A DNA stretch of 64,000 nt from Nitrospirota bacterium (GTDB lineage Bacteria > Nitrospirota > Nitrospiria > Nitrospirales > NS-4): the NCBI GenBank assembly GCA_963788195.1, contig CAWBGA010000017.1, positions 816,451 through 880,450 of the forward strand, given 5' to 3'. Positions 29,531 to 39,500 of this stretch are shown one piece after another. A program made the translations under genes and the position numbers. Position 1 is the first letter of the stretch, and every line of letters starts with the position of its first letter. The notes below the pieces were generated by a model. The model saw nothing but the letters and a program-made list of their open reading frames with translations. It ran no database searches and was not told the origin of the DNA.

Positions 29531-30220
29531 TCAGACAGCATAGACTGCGGGATCCTGCAGTCCCGCCTCGGCGAAACCTTTCAACCGGAGCCGGCAGCTA
29601 TCGCACCGGCCGCAGGAGCGCCCGCCGTCGTCAGGATCATAACAACTATGCGTAAGGTGCAATGGGGCTTGCAGAACAATCCCCCGCTGAATAATCTCGG
29701 CTTTCGACATCTTGAGTAAAGGCGCCTCGATGTGGACGGGATGTCCTGCCGCGCCTGCTCTCGTTCCCACCAAGGCCAGTCGGTTGAAAGCCTCGAGGAA
29801 TTCAGGACGGCAATCCGGGTAGCCGCTGTAGTCTAACACATTGGCGCCGAGATAGATCGTGTCGGCCTCGATGACTTCGGCCCAGCCTAGCGCAAGCGAC
29901 AGAAAGATTGTGTTTCTGGCCGGAACATAGGTCGCCGGAATATGTCGTCCGATGTCGCCCTCCGACCGGTCCTTTGGAACAGGCATGTCAGCGGTCAGGG
30001 CTGAACCGCCGATGGCTCTAAGATTCAGATCGATGACCAGGGAGTCTTTCGCGCCCAGAGCCCGCGCAATCTCCGGCACAGCCTTTAACTCCAGGAGATG
30101 ACGCTGCCCGTAATTGACGCTCAATACATACAGTTCAAACCCTGCGGCGCGCGCCTCAGCGGCCGCTACTGTGGAGTCCAAGCCTCCGCTACAGAGAACG
30201 ACCGCGCGCTTCGTCTTCAC
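29531..30220 (-). CDS. queC: 7-cyano-7-deazaguanine synthase
   Basis: SGGLDS, YGQRH, YVPARN, GYPDCR, CGRCDSC. Confidence 0.96.
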   Translation of the reverse strand: MKTKRAVVLCSGGLDSTVAAAEARAAGFELYVLSVNYGQRHLLELKAVPEIARALGAKDSLVIDLNLRAIGGSALTADMPVPKDRSEGDIGRHIPATYVPARNTIFLSLALGWAEVIEADTIYLGANVLDYSGYPDCRPEFLEAFNRLALVGTRAGAAGHPVHIEAPLLKMSKAEIIQRGIVLQAPLHLTHSCYDPDDGGRSCGRCDSCRLRLKGFAEAGLQDPAVYAV

Positions 30221-30244
30221 GTGCGGATCCTGGTCTTGTCTGGC

Positions 30245-31312
30245 TTAAGGGGCACGTTCACCCGGTCGCTGGCCGAGCTTGACTTCCAAGACGCCTCGCT
30301 TGCCATTTCGCACGACACCGAGCTTGATGATATCACCGGGAAGGTGACGGCGCAGAAGGCGACCGAATTCTTCAGCAGAGTCCACCTCCTGCCCATCGAT
30401 GCTCGTGATCAGATCTCCGCCGATCACCACAATCGTATTGCCGATGACAGCCTGGCGGGTTCCACTCAGCAAACCGGCTTTCGCCGCGGGACTCCCTTTC
30501 CCTACTCGAATCACCAGCGCGCCATGGTCAGTTGGTAACTCCAGTGCCCTCGCAATCAGCGGTGTAACTGACTGGGTTTCCGCACCGAAGTAGGGATAAA
30601 TCATAAAACCATGAGTCAGGATATAACCGACAACACGTTTTGCTGTATTGATCGGGATGGCAAAACCGATGCCCACATTGCCTCCCGACGGCGTAAAGAT
30701 CGCTGTATTGATCCCGACCACTTTTCCCTCGGAGTCGAGAAGCGGTCCCCCTGAGTTGCCCGGATTGATTGCGGCGTCCGTCTGGATGACATCCTCGATT
30801 TCTGTCTGTCCTGCTCTGACTACTTTGCGAATCATGCTCACAATGCCGGCGGAGAGGCTGTGGCCAAGTCCGAAGGGATTGCCAATAGCCAACACCTTCT
30901 GGCCAACCTGTAGGCTGGACGAATCCCCCAAAGGCATCACGGTCAAGGACTCGGCAGGAGCGGCTACGAGGAGCACGGCGAGATCGGTGTGGGGATCGCC
31001 GCCCACTAATTTTGCCGGCCATTTGGTGCGGTCAGCGAGACTGACCTCCAGGCGCTGGGCCCCTTTGACGACATGATAATTTGTTAGAATGTGGCCGTGA
31101 GAGTCCAAGATGAAACCAGAACCGGAAGAATCGGACGGGATGGGATTGAAGAAGAAATCGTAGGCGACGGCGCGCCTGGTAACATTGACCACGCCTGCAT
31201 TGAAGCGGCGGTAGATATCAACGTTGTTTTCTTCATCACGCGTAAGCGGAGTGGCCGGAATTGGCCACAGGAGTGCGCAGAGCGTTACCGCGGCCAGGAG
31301 GGAGGCGCGCAT
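30245..31312 (-). CDS. HtrA/DegP-family serine protease with one PDZ domain
   Basis: GSGF, TNYHV, QTDAAINPGNSGGPL; start taken at MRASLL. Confidence 0.92.
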   Translation of the reverse strand: MRASLLAAVTLCALLWPIPATPLTRDEENNVDIYRRFNAGVVNVTRRAVAYDFFFNPIPSDSSGSGFILDSHGHILTNYHVVKGAQRLEVSLADRTKWPAKLVGGDPHTDLAVLLVAAPAESLTVMPLGDSSSLQVGQKVLAIGNPFGLGHSLSAGIVSMIRKVVRAGQTEIEDVIQTDAAINPGNSGGPLLDSEGKVVGINTAIFTPSGGNVGIGFAIPINTAKRVVGYILTHGFMIYPYFGAETQSVTPLIARALELPTDHGALVIRVGKGSPAAKAGLLSGTRQAVIGNTIVVIGGDLITSIDGQEVDSAEEFGRLLRRHLPGDIIKLGVVRNGKRGVLEVKLGQRPGERAP

Positions 31313-31316
31313 GCGG

Positions 31317-31793
31317 TCAGGTGGTTTGATCTTCTTCTTGTTCGATTTTTTCGAGCAATTCTTCCTTGGCTTGGCAGGCGACGCAGCGGCGGGCAAACGG
31401 CACCGCCTTCAACCGTTTTTCGCTGATCTCAACTCCGCAATCCGAGCAGACGCCGTAAGACCCCTCATCAAGACGAATTAAGGCTTCATCAATGTTTTGA
31501 CGCATCTTATTGCGCATTTCGAGGATTGAAATGTCCCGGCCTCGTTCGGAATCGAGCAGGGCAAGATCGCCGACATCCGGCACGGAGTCTACCCGGTTGT
31601 GCGTATCATCGGAAAGCCGATGGCTGATCAACTCTTCAATTTCCTTCAAAACTTCGTGCCGGCGATCAAGCAGCATCTTCCGAAGGGCGTCGCGCCTCGG
31701 ACTCAGTGCCGTCGCTTTCGTCTTCGCCGGCTTGGAAACAGATGCTTTCACGTTGGCCTTCGTCTCCTGACGAGACCGCGGCTTGGCTGTCAT
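31317..31793 (-). CDS. dksA: DksA/TraR family C4 zinc-finger protein
   Basis: Coiled coil, YGVCSDCG...RLKAVPFARRCVAC. Confidence 0.82.
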   Translation of the reverse strand: MTAKPRSRQETKANVKASVSKPAKTKATALSPRRDALRKMLLDRRHEVLKEIEELISHRLSDDTHNRVDSVPDVGDLALLDSERGRDISILEMRNKMRQNIDEALIRLDEGSYGVCSDCGVEISEKRLKAVPFARRCVACQAKEELLEKIEQEEDQTT

Positions 31794-32431
31794 GTATGGT
31801 ACTCTCCTTCCAACAAAACGGCGGCCTTTCCCAACGCCTCCCGTTCGTTCTTATAAGTAAGCCACTGTCCTGCCTCTTCAATCGGAAACCAGCGCGCTTC
31901 TTCAACCTCGGTATCATGGTCGGCGGTGTTTCCGCTCAAGCATTCCAAAAGAAAAAGGTGCACAGTCTTAGAAACTCGATCATGATCGGCGCGTGAATAA
32001 AACTGGTAAGAGATCTCGTCGATCTTCCTAAGGACCCGCGTGTTTAAGCCCGTTTCCTCACGGACTTCCCGAATAGCTGTCTGTTCCGGTTCTTCCCCCT
32101 GTTCTACCCAGCCCTTGGGCAAGGCCCACGCAAATTCTCCGCCAGCGCGCATCACGCGTATCAATGCGACTTCATAGCACCCAGCCACCCTGGAATCTGC
32201 CAAGACAGATTCCTTTTCCCCCTCGCAGCCGCCCACCCCGCGGCCTTTTACACCCGCCCGCCCCGAGGCCGCCATTTCACCCGCCCCACCTGAGCCTGCC
32301 GAGACAGGCTCTTTTTCCCTCGGGACGGCCTCTTTTCCTCCTGAGACAGGTTCGTTTCCCGTGGACCGGGCGCTACTTATTGCGCGAAACACGACTCCCC
32401 CAGAAGAGACATGAAGTTTTGGCATGATCAA
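31790..32431 (-). CDS. NUDIX hydrolase carrying a ~63 aa repeat-derived insertion
   Basis: SSGGVVFR...YEVALI, LPKGWVEQGEEPEQTAIREVREETGL Nudix box; stop and start overlap the neighbours. Confidence 0.85.
   Translation of the reverse strand: MIMPKLHVSSGGVVFRAISSARSTGNEPVSGGKEAVPREKEPVSAGSGGAGEMAASGRAGVKGRGVGGCEGEKESVLADSRVAGCYEVALIRVMRAGGEFAWALPKGWVEQGEEPEQTAIREVREETGLNTRVLRKIDEISYQFYSRADHDRVSKTVHLFLLECLSGNTADHDTEVEEARWFPIEEAGQWLTYKNEREALGKAAVLLEGEYHT
32174..32364 (+). repeat. nested stack of covarying-hairpin elements inside the NUDIX CDS
   Basis: GGAATCTG-CCAAGA-CAGATTCC (32192-32213); GAGGCCG-CC[...GAGCCTG-CCGAGA-CAGGCTC...]GGGA-CGGCCTC (32265-32332). Confidence 0.9.
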
Positions 32432-32940
32432 TATTCTACGAGGGCGTGGACAGAGAAGCCGTCCAATTGCTCTCTGCCCTTCAATCCACGCAACTCAACG
32501 AGAAAGGCTGCGCCGACGATCTCTCCACCAAGCTGCCGGACCAGATTGACCGTTGCTGCAGCCGTGCCGCCTGTCGCCAGCAGGTCATCTACAATCAGCA
32601 CGCGCTCACCCATTGTGATCGCGTCTCTATGAATTGCGAGCGAGTTCGATCCATACTCCAGATTGTATTTGACTTCAAAGCTATCCGCCGGCAACTTGCC
32701 AGGGCGGCGAACAGGTACGAACCCGGCCCCAAGTTGATGCGCCAGGGACCCGCCGATGATGAAGCCGCGGGATTCGATACCCACCACCTTAGCAATATTT
32801 TTGTCTTGATACGATGCCTTCAGATCATCAATCACGCTTCGAAAAGCCAAGCGATCCTTGAGCAAGGTTGTAATGTCGTAAAAGAGAATGCCGGGTTTCG
32901 GGTAATCAGGAACCTCCCGAATGAATTTCTTATAATCCAT
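32428..32940 (-). CDS. apt: adenine phosphoribosyltransferase
   Basis: PDYPKPGILFYDI, GIESRGF, LEYG, VDDLLATGGT; start MDYKK. Confidence 0.96.
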   Translation of the reverse strand: MDYKKFIREVPDYPKPGILFYDITTLLKDRLAFRSVIDDLKASYQDKNIAKVVGIESRGFIIGGSLAHQLGAGFVPVRRPGKLPADSFEVKYNLEYGSNSLAIHRDAITMGERVLIVDDLLATGGTAAATVNLVRQLGGEIVGAAFLVELRGLKGREQLDGFSVHALVEY

Positions 32941-33004
32941 AGGACCGCAAAGTATAGGAAAGGCCCAACGACCTGTCAACCGCACGGGAGGATCGTAGGA
33001 TCCC

Positions 33005-33301
33005 TCAGCTGAGTATCACGAAACGCTGGGGGTTTTTGACGGCTTCCTTCCAGACGATGTTGAGATCGGTTACAACAGAGCGTGGAGGGCCTGCACGGAG
33101 GCGCTCGAGTAACTTCTCTATTTGAAGCCGGGGTCCTTGGATTTCCGCCTGAACACGGCCGTCCGGCAGGTTTCGCACCCACCCCGCGAGCCCCAACTCG
33201 ATCGCGGCTTCTTGAGTGAAGGCTCGATAACAGACCCCCTGAACTCGTCCAGACACAATGACGTGCGCCGCGATAAGCTCTAATGATTCGGCCGGCTTCA
33301 T
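33005..33301 (-). CDS. acyP: acylphosphatase
   Basis: GRVQGVCYR, GWVRNLPDGRV. Confidence 0.93.
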   Translation of the reverse strand: MKPAESLELIAAHVIVSGRVQGVCYRAFTQEAAIELGLAGWVRNLPDGRVQAEIQGPRLQIEKLLERLRAGPPRSVVTDLNIVWKEAVKNPQRFVILS

Positions 33302-33452
33302 CAGTACAAATTATAACCGCCCCGTCGGCAAAACAGAAGCTGCTATCGACGACAGTTCCGACCCTAGTTCTTGCATACCAGCGGCGACGAATCGACGACC
33401 ACGGCAATTCCGACTTTTCAAGGGATAACCGATGGAATGCGTGCGAACCGAT

Positions 33453-34517
33453 CTAGCGAATACTCCAAGACAGCGCGTGGATGTCCTTATATCTCGAAGT
33501 GAGGCGACGAACATGTGCTCCATTGGGATCCATTGTGAAAACGGCACGGCCACATTTCCATAGGCAAGGGATAATTCCCTTTGGATTTCCGAGAGCCGTA
33601 AAGAGGATCACCTCTCCGGAAGGCCAAAGGAGGAAGCTCGGGATTCCACCCGCGAGCACGGTCGGGTCTTTCATTTCAAAGTCCCGTCGAAAGAGCGCCA
33701 TATTAGGGAACCCAGCTGCATAGACGATGGTGTTTCCGTCTGGAGACCACGCGAATTGGTCAAAGCCGGCCTGAGGCGGCATTTGGAATGACCTGATAAA
33801 TCCATCGCGAATTCGTATCGATTGGAACCGTACGTCAGTGCCCTCGACCTGATAGGCAAGCTCCTCGCCAGACGGGGACCACACCGGAGGACTGAACATT
33901 GCGGCGTCTTCAGATATGCATTGCGTATTGAAGCCCTGCCTATCGGTAACGCACAGTCGCTGTGGTCCTCCCGATTGGCCTGTCCCCCTCAGGTAGGCAA
34001 TCCATTGGCCGTCTCGGGACCATGCAGGATAGCCCACGAACTGATTTCCAGATTCAATCAGGATCTTTCGTTGTCCGCTCACGACGTCCAGAAGTATCAG
34101 GCCTGACGGAGCATGATAAACAATCTCGTGACCAGTATAAGGACATGCAAGTTGGTCGGCGTACCCCTCGTCGGGAGTGAGATTCCTGGCGGATGCCCCT
34201 TCCAAGGCAGAGGTCCAAAGGTGCTGCGCCGAGCCTCGCTTTGAACCGAAAACGAGTGTCTTGCCGCTGTCCAACCAGCACGGAGGTGGCCATTCATAGA
34301 CACCGCGAGAGATTTCGACGATAGATCGGGTGCTAAGGTCTAACGTGTAAAGGTTGACCACTTGCCCATCATCCGCAAGATAGGCGACTCGACCTCGTAG
34401 TCCATTCTTCAAGTCCAACCCCAAAATCAGCTCGCTCGCGCCCAGATAGACGACAAGAACTAATATGAATGCGAGTACGAGCCGCCATGGTAGTTTTAGG
34501 CCTAGACCGATTTTCAT
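33453..34517 (-). CDS. TolB-like beta-propeller (PD40 repeat) membrane-anchored protein
   Basis: N-terminal TM; PAWSRDG, PVWSPSG, AWSPDG repeats. Confidence 0.75.
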   Translation of the reverse strand: MKIGLGLKLPWRLVLAFILVLVVYLGASELILGLDLKNGLRGRVAYLADDGQVVNLYTLDLSTRSIVEISRGVYEWPPPCWLDSGKTLVFGSKRGSAQHLWTSALEGASARNLTPDEGYADQLACPYTGHEIVYHAPSGLILLDVVSGQRKILIESGNQFVGYPAWSRDGQWIAYLRGTGQSGGPQRLCVTDRQGFNTQCISEDAAMFSPPVWSPSGEELAYQVEGTDVRFQSIRIRDGFIRSFQMPPQAGFDQFAWSPDGNTIVYAAGFPNMALFRRDFEMKDPTVLAGGIPSFLLWPSGEVILFTALGNPKGIIPCLWKCGRAVFTMDPNGAHVRRLTSRYKDIHALSWSIR

Positions 34518-34809
34518 TTCATTCGCTGCCTTTGCCGCACGATGATGTTCCTGACAGGCAAGAGACGCGACCCAGAAGATCGCACAAGGTGAAGCGGCGG
34601 CTTGCGCCGATAAGCTCGTAATTATTATACATTACGCATTGTAACTGTCAGGTCGGCAAAACAGAAGCTTGCCGGCAAATTTTCTCTCTTGGATCAGTGA
34701 CGCCGACCGTAATTTCAGATCTCGATTTAACTGATCTGGGTTAGATCCGATTCGTAGCCAGCATCCACTGATAGCAGTCAGAAAGCGGTACCGCCGGTGA
34801 AAAATGCCT

Positions 34810-35961
34810 TCATGTGAATTTCACTCCGACGCTTTCAGCGGTAAGATCCAACTCCTTCAAAAGCTCAACAACTATTTTCCTGAGGAAAAGCCCAGTTTTC
34901 GCCGTGTACTCGAGAAACTCAAAAGTGTATTGCCACTCCTTCCTATCTGCCTTGCCCTCACGAATCATGCGGCAAAACTCCACCTCAAAACTGCTGTACC
35001 CCAAACGATGAACGTCCACGACTCCAATCAAAGGTATAAGCTGGTGGTTGGTCACAATGGCGCTGTATTCCTTCGCGCTTAGAAGCTTCCATGCGGTCAC
35101 TTTCTGTTTGATTTCGGACTCCTCGAGGTCCCATGCATAAAGAGGAAACAGCAACCGGGCTACTCGCTCCGGCGCCCAAGATTGTCCATGCCACCAGCGC
35201 TGGAGGTCTTCTTCATTCGAGAAAATGTCGGTAAGAAGAATGCCCGCCGTGTCTTTGCGATTTGTCAGTTCACTGGTTCGCGGCGATTCAAAATCGTGCA
35301 GCTTTAGCCCGTTTTGCACCTGGTACAGAGAGTATCCGCATAAAATGAGCGGTATTCTTTTTTCTGCCGCCAAAGTTCGTGCGGTGTCGAGCATGAACTC
35401 GCCATCGCTGAAATCAAGCGTGGCGTAGCCACCACCTTCGTTTAAGTGAGTGAGGCAGTATCGAAAGAGCTTCTTGTAAAATCCTTTCTCCGGCCTCATA
35501 AAAATGTGATCGACCTGCAGCTTCCCAATCAATTCATACACATTGTCTTTGGCCACAGGACTCATGAAGCCGTTGTCAATCGTATAAGCCAGCATGCGCA
35601 GACGTGGAAACTCGGATCGAATCCGCTGAATCATGTAGGTGCTGTCTTTTCCGCCGCTAAACAGGCAAATCGCATCGTATTGAAATGCCCCTTTGCCCTG
35701 ATATTGATGCAAAATCTCATTGAGCAAACTCTCTTGGGAACGCCTTTCACTTGCCGGTTTCACCTGAACGGATGAATCGATCTTCCGGCAGAGCTCACAC
35801 AGCCCGCTAGGATCCAAGAAGATCATCTTTTCAGATGCTGCGCAGGAGCGGCAACGCCTGGCGATGCGCCTCTTGACAAGCTTTCGATGAAGGGGCCAGA
35901 TGTAATGCACGTAAAACTCAAAAAGACGTGCGGTTCGAATTGATTCAGCTTGCGTGTCCAA
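34810..35961 (-). CDS. PP-loop ATP pyrophosphatase (N-acetyl sugar amidotransferase-like)
   Basis: CRSC...CELC N-terminus, YDAICLFSGGKDS, TIDNGF. Confidence 0.72.
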   Translation of the reverse strand: MDTQAESIRTARLFEFYVHYIWPLHRKLVKRRIARRCRSCAASEKMIFLDPSGLCELCRKIDSSVQVKPASERRSQESLLNEILHQYQGKGAFQYDAICLFSGGKDSTYMIQRIRSEFPRLRMLAYTIDNGFMSPVAKDNVYELIGKLQVDHIFMRPEKGFYKKLFRYCLTHLNEGGGYATLDFSDGEFMLDTARTLAAEKRIPLILCGYSLYQVQNGLKLHDFESPRTSELTNRKDTAGILLTDIFSNEEDLQRWWHGQSWAPERVARLLFPLYAWDLEESEIKQKVTAWKLLSAKEYSAIVTNHQLIPLIGVVDVHRLGYSSFEVEFCRMIREGKADRKEWQYTFEFLEYTAKTGLFLRKIVVELLKELDLTAESVGVKFT

Positions 35962-36277
35962 TGCGTTGCTCCCTGTATATCGTAACAGTTATCATACGGG
36001 ACTTCACTTAATCATTGTCGCTATCACATTTTAGACTCAATTTCTCTGAAGATTACGGTGCTGAAAATTCTTCGGAACATTCTTCACTTCTGCCGCCTCT
36101 AGAGTCGCGCAGTTTGAACTTCCACGTGGGTGCTTTGAGGGGCTTGGGAGCTGCGGTCAAGGAATGCTGGGTTTTGATTCCGAGGAGCTTAATCCGGTTG
36201 CAGATATTCGGGTCGAAGGTGAACCGCAGGCCTGTCTTACTGGACCGCCACGGAGGACGCCGTCCTAGACCACAGAG

Positions 36278-36602
<325 letters not shown>

Positions 36603-36645
36603 ATCCCTGGTTGAAAATTGAGAATAAAGCGTACTGAGGCATTGG

Positions 36646-37104
36646 TCAAGGCAAAACGCTTTCGCGCTTTGCGGCTTGGCACGAGGACAGGCGTTTTCCG
36701 TTTACCGCGCCCACTTCACCGGTCGATGTCCGGAATGTCCCCTCCAGGCGCTTATTGTCGGTCAGCAACATGCTGTCTTCCTGGTAACCACCTGGAAACA
36801 CCCAGCGAAAATAGACCGCATCGCCATAGATCCGGATCTCATTCGGCGACGGACCCTCAACACCGGCAGACTCCGTCGAGGGTAAGACAATCTTTGACTT
36901 AGCCTCGCGATGATTTCGTGTATGGGAGTGTACCGTCCAACCCCATGTGCCGCAAAGCCGTGCAAGACCCGCTTCCAGCCGCTTGACCTCGGCATCCGCA
37001 TCTAATTCGAGTGCGTGGGCCGGCCAAAGGAATAACACACCGCTGATTGCTATTGCCGTGAAGATGCTACGGTACATACTGTATTTTCGGTGATCAGACG
37101 CCAA
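36646..37104 (-). CDS. exported hypothetical protein
   Basis: Signal peptide (PAHA); start may be the downstream MYRSIF. Confidence 0.6.
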   Translation of the reverse strand: MASDHRKYSMYRSIFTAIAISGVLFLWPAHALELDADAEVKRLEAGLARLCGTWGWTVHSHTRNHREAKSKIVLPSTESAGVEGPSPNEIRIYGDAVYFRWVFPGGYQEDSMLLTDNKRLEGTFRTSTGEVGAVNGKRLSSCQAAKRESVLP

Positions 37105-37548
37105 AGTACAATGGACAGCTTTCGGATTTTTCGTGTATGCTTTATTACTTTGCTCAACGATACTTCTCCCTATAGCGGCAAATGTGACGGATGCGGCGCC
37201 TCGGGAGTCTCAATCATGAAACTCTCACTAGGACGGGACTTTTTCGGCCGGGTGTATGACCGTCTTTCGCCGAACGCCGATGCGAGCCCGAAGTGGTATT
37301 GCGATCCCTGCTCAGTTGAAAAAAATCTGCAACGGGACTTTCGGGACATCGAGCAGGAATTTCGCAAGCTCGACAAGGGTGACTCTTCGACACTGAGCCA
37401 GAACGAGCAAATGCAACGCGCAAGGCTTCGATTGAAGGAGATTGCGGCGCTGCTGTCAGGGGCGACCTTGACGCAACGATTGCTGAAATCTGATGAAGTA
37501 TCAAATCTGACGCGTTTGATGGAGACCCCTCGGACGAACTCCAGCTGA
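37090..37548 (+). CDS. hypothetical protein with two CxxC motifs
   Basis: CDGC...CDPC; abuts the ferredoxin gene; start uncertain. Confidence 0.6.
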   Translation: MIRRQSTMDSFRIFRVCFITLLNDTSPYSGKCDGCGASGVSIMKLSLGRDFFGRVYDRLSPNADASPKWYCDPCSVEKNLQRDFRDIEQEFRKLDKGDSSTLSQNEQMQRARLRLKEIAALLSGATLTQRLLKSDEVSNLTRLMETPRTNSS

Positions 37549-37549
37549 C

Positions 37550-37924
37550 ATGCCCGATTTTAGCCGTCACATCTTCATGTGCATCAATCAGCGCCCCAAG
37601 GGCGACCCCCGAGGGTCTTGCGCCGATAACGGCTCAGAGCGCCTTCAGGAGTTTATGAAAAAGGAAGTAGACCGGCTGGGGCTTAAAGGCATTGTTCGCG
37701 CCAACAAGGCGGGATGTCTCGATCATTGCGAATACGGTCCGAGTATCGTCGTCTACCCTGAAGGCGTCTGGTACTGGGCCGGAACGGAGGCCGACATTAC
37801 TGAGATCCTGGTCGACCATATCATCGCCGGAAAAATCGTGGACCGCTTGCTCATGCCTGGCCATAGACCGCCGCCAAGAGATTTGATTCCTCTCTCTGTC
37901 CCCGCTGTTAAGGTGAAGACATGA
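37550..37924 (+). CDS. thioredoxin-like [2Fe-2S] ferredoxin
   Basis: HIFMC...SC...GCLDHCEYGPSIVVYPEGVWY. Confidence 0.9.
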   Translation: MPDFSRHIFMCINQRPKGDPRGSCADNGSERLQEFMKKEVDRLGLKGIVRANKAGCLDHCEYGPSIVVYPEGVWYWAGTEADITEILVDHIIAGKIVDRLLMPGHRPPPRDLIPLSVPAVKVKT

Positions 37925-38229
37925 CCGTTCCCGCCAAGGATATATTCGAGCTTTTTTCTCAGGCTCTGTTTGAAGGAGTCACGCCCATGATGGTGCAGAG
38001 AGACCACCTCGTCCGTCACCCTGACCGCTGTACCCATAATGCGGTTTGCATTCCAGTTTGCCCGACCGGGGCGTGGCTTTCGACCCCTCCTTTTAAGTTT
38101 GACTCTTCCCGGTGTCTCGAAACCTGCCGTTTGTGTCTGGACGCTTGCCCCTCCCAGGCGATCTATGCCGTCTTCCGTAAAGGCTCAAAGGTGCTCGAAC
38201 CTCAGAAAAACGGGTCGGAAGAGAAATAG
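37921..38229 (+). CDS. 4Fe-4S dicluster ferredoxin-like protein
   Basis: C..NAVCIPVCP and CLETCRLCLDACP. Confidence 0.75.
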   Translation: MTVPAKDIFELFSQALFEGVTPMMVQRDHLVRHPDRCTHNAVCIPVCPTGAWLSTPPFKFDSSRCLETCRLCLDACPSQAIYAVFRKGSKVLEPQKNGSEEK

Positions 38230-38325
38230 GTGCAAGAAGATCTACGATGACGTCCTCAGACGACTCGGCTGGCGTCCAGCCTAAGCAGTGAAGAGGGTCC
38301 TTTGCCCCAAGTTAGCCGCAGGCGC

Positions 38326-39342
38326 CTAGCAGGCGACCCGCTTCCTTAAGCGACCGTAATGCGCCGTCAACAACAGCTTCGACCCGAACGCCGCCGCCGA
38401 GACGGCTATCTCGCGGTAGACCTCGCTCCGCGTCATTTTGATGGTGGTATGGGGATCCAGCACACCTGCGGACATGCTGATCCTTGCCAGCGTCTTCATC
38501 GCGAAGAAAATAGGCCACATACAGGCAAGACGAAGCCTCCACTCCCGGCGCGGGATGGCCATCGTGTACAGCCAACCCTGATCCAGATGGTCGAGCGCGA
38601 CACGAAGCAACTGACTCAAGACCGGCTTAAATCGTTGCAGAACATCCGGTTTAAGAAGATCCACGGGCTTCAGCCCTACTCCCGCCAACAGCTCTTCCGG
38701 TATATAACAACGGCCGCGGCGAAGGTCCCTGGGGATATCCCGCAGCACATTGGCAAACTGTAGACCTTTGCCGAACTGAATCCCGACCTTCGACATGCCC
38801 TCGGAATTCCAATCTCTAAATGCCGGCCGGTGTGCGCAGATCATCTGAGTCCAGAAATCTCCCACGCACCCGGCCACTGAGTAGGTATAGGCGTCAAGAT
38901 CGTTCAGCGCTGGCAATGCGGTGATCCTCTGCTCATTCTCTCCAGGAAATAGCTCCAGATCGCGCACCATTCCGCAAGTTAATGTATCGAGCACTTGACG
39001 AATCCGACGCTGGTCTTCACCGCTGAAAGTATCAAAAACATGCCGGCAGCCATCCAGGCGCTCGAGAAGCGCTCGCTCGGCGGATTGGGGACCGAGGGGA
39101 GAAAGGCTCTCTTGAAGATCCGCAAGGACCGAGGCGTTTTTATCAGGATCTTGTACCCACTGGCGAAAGCGTTCGAGATGGTGCAGACGGTTCACGCGGG
39201 GGATAAGGGAGCTATCCGAAACAGTGTCGGCCGCTCGAGCATAGAGATAGGCCAGAGCTATTTGCGGTCTTAAATTGCGAGGAAGAACGGCCAACGTCAG
39301 GTAGAACGACCGGGAAACTGACTTCAGTAAAGCGTAGAGCAT
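38326..39342 (-). CDS. squalene/phytoene synthase family protein
   Basis: VSRSF, YLYARAADT, YTYSVAGCVG, GLQFANVLRD, GRCYIP. Confidence 0.9.
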   Translation of the reverse strand: MLYALLKSVSRSFYLTLAVLPRNLRPQIALAYLYARAADTVSDSSLIPRVNRLHHLERFRQWVQDPDKNASVLADLQESLSPLGPQSAERALLERLDGCRHVFDTFSGEDQRRIRQVLDTLTCGMVRDLELFPGENEQRITALPALNDLDAYTYSVAGCVGDFWTQMICAHRPAFRDWNSEGMSKVGIQFGKGLQFANVLRDIPRDLRRGRCYIPEELLAGVGLKPVDLLKPDVLQRFKPVLSQLLRVALDHLDQGWLYTMAIPRREWRLRLACMWPIFFAMKTLARISMSAGVLDPHTTIKMTRSEVYREIAVSAAAFGSKLLLTAHYGRLRKRVAC

Positions 39343-39500
39343 CTTGAAAGGTGTATTCCTCTTTCTCCGGAAGGGTCAAGCCTCTCCCATGTATCCACTT
39401 GACTCCGGCTCATTCGATGTTAACATTAAGATACTGTGGCTGGGAGAGGTGTGTCGGCGTGGCCCCTTCATCCCGCCGCCTTTAGGGAGGAAGACCCAAG

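Noticed and set aside
37130..37160. Possible extra frameshift at the start of the CxxC protein (out-of-frame ATGCTTTATTAC)
   Set aside because: In-frame ATG and TTG starts exist; cannot be decided without homologues.
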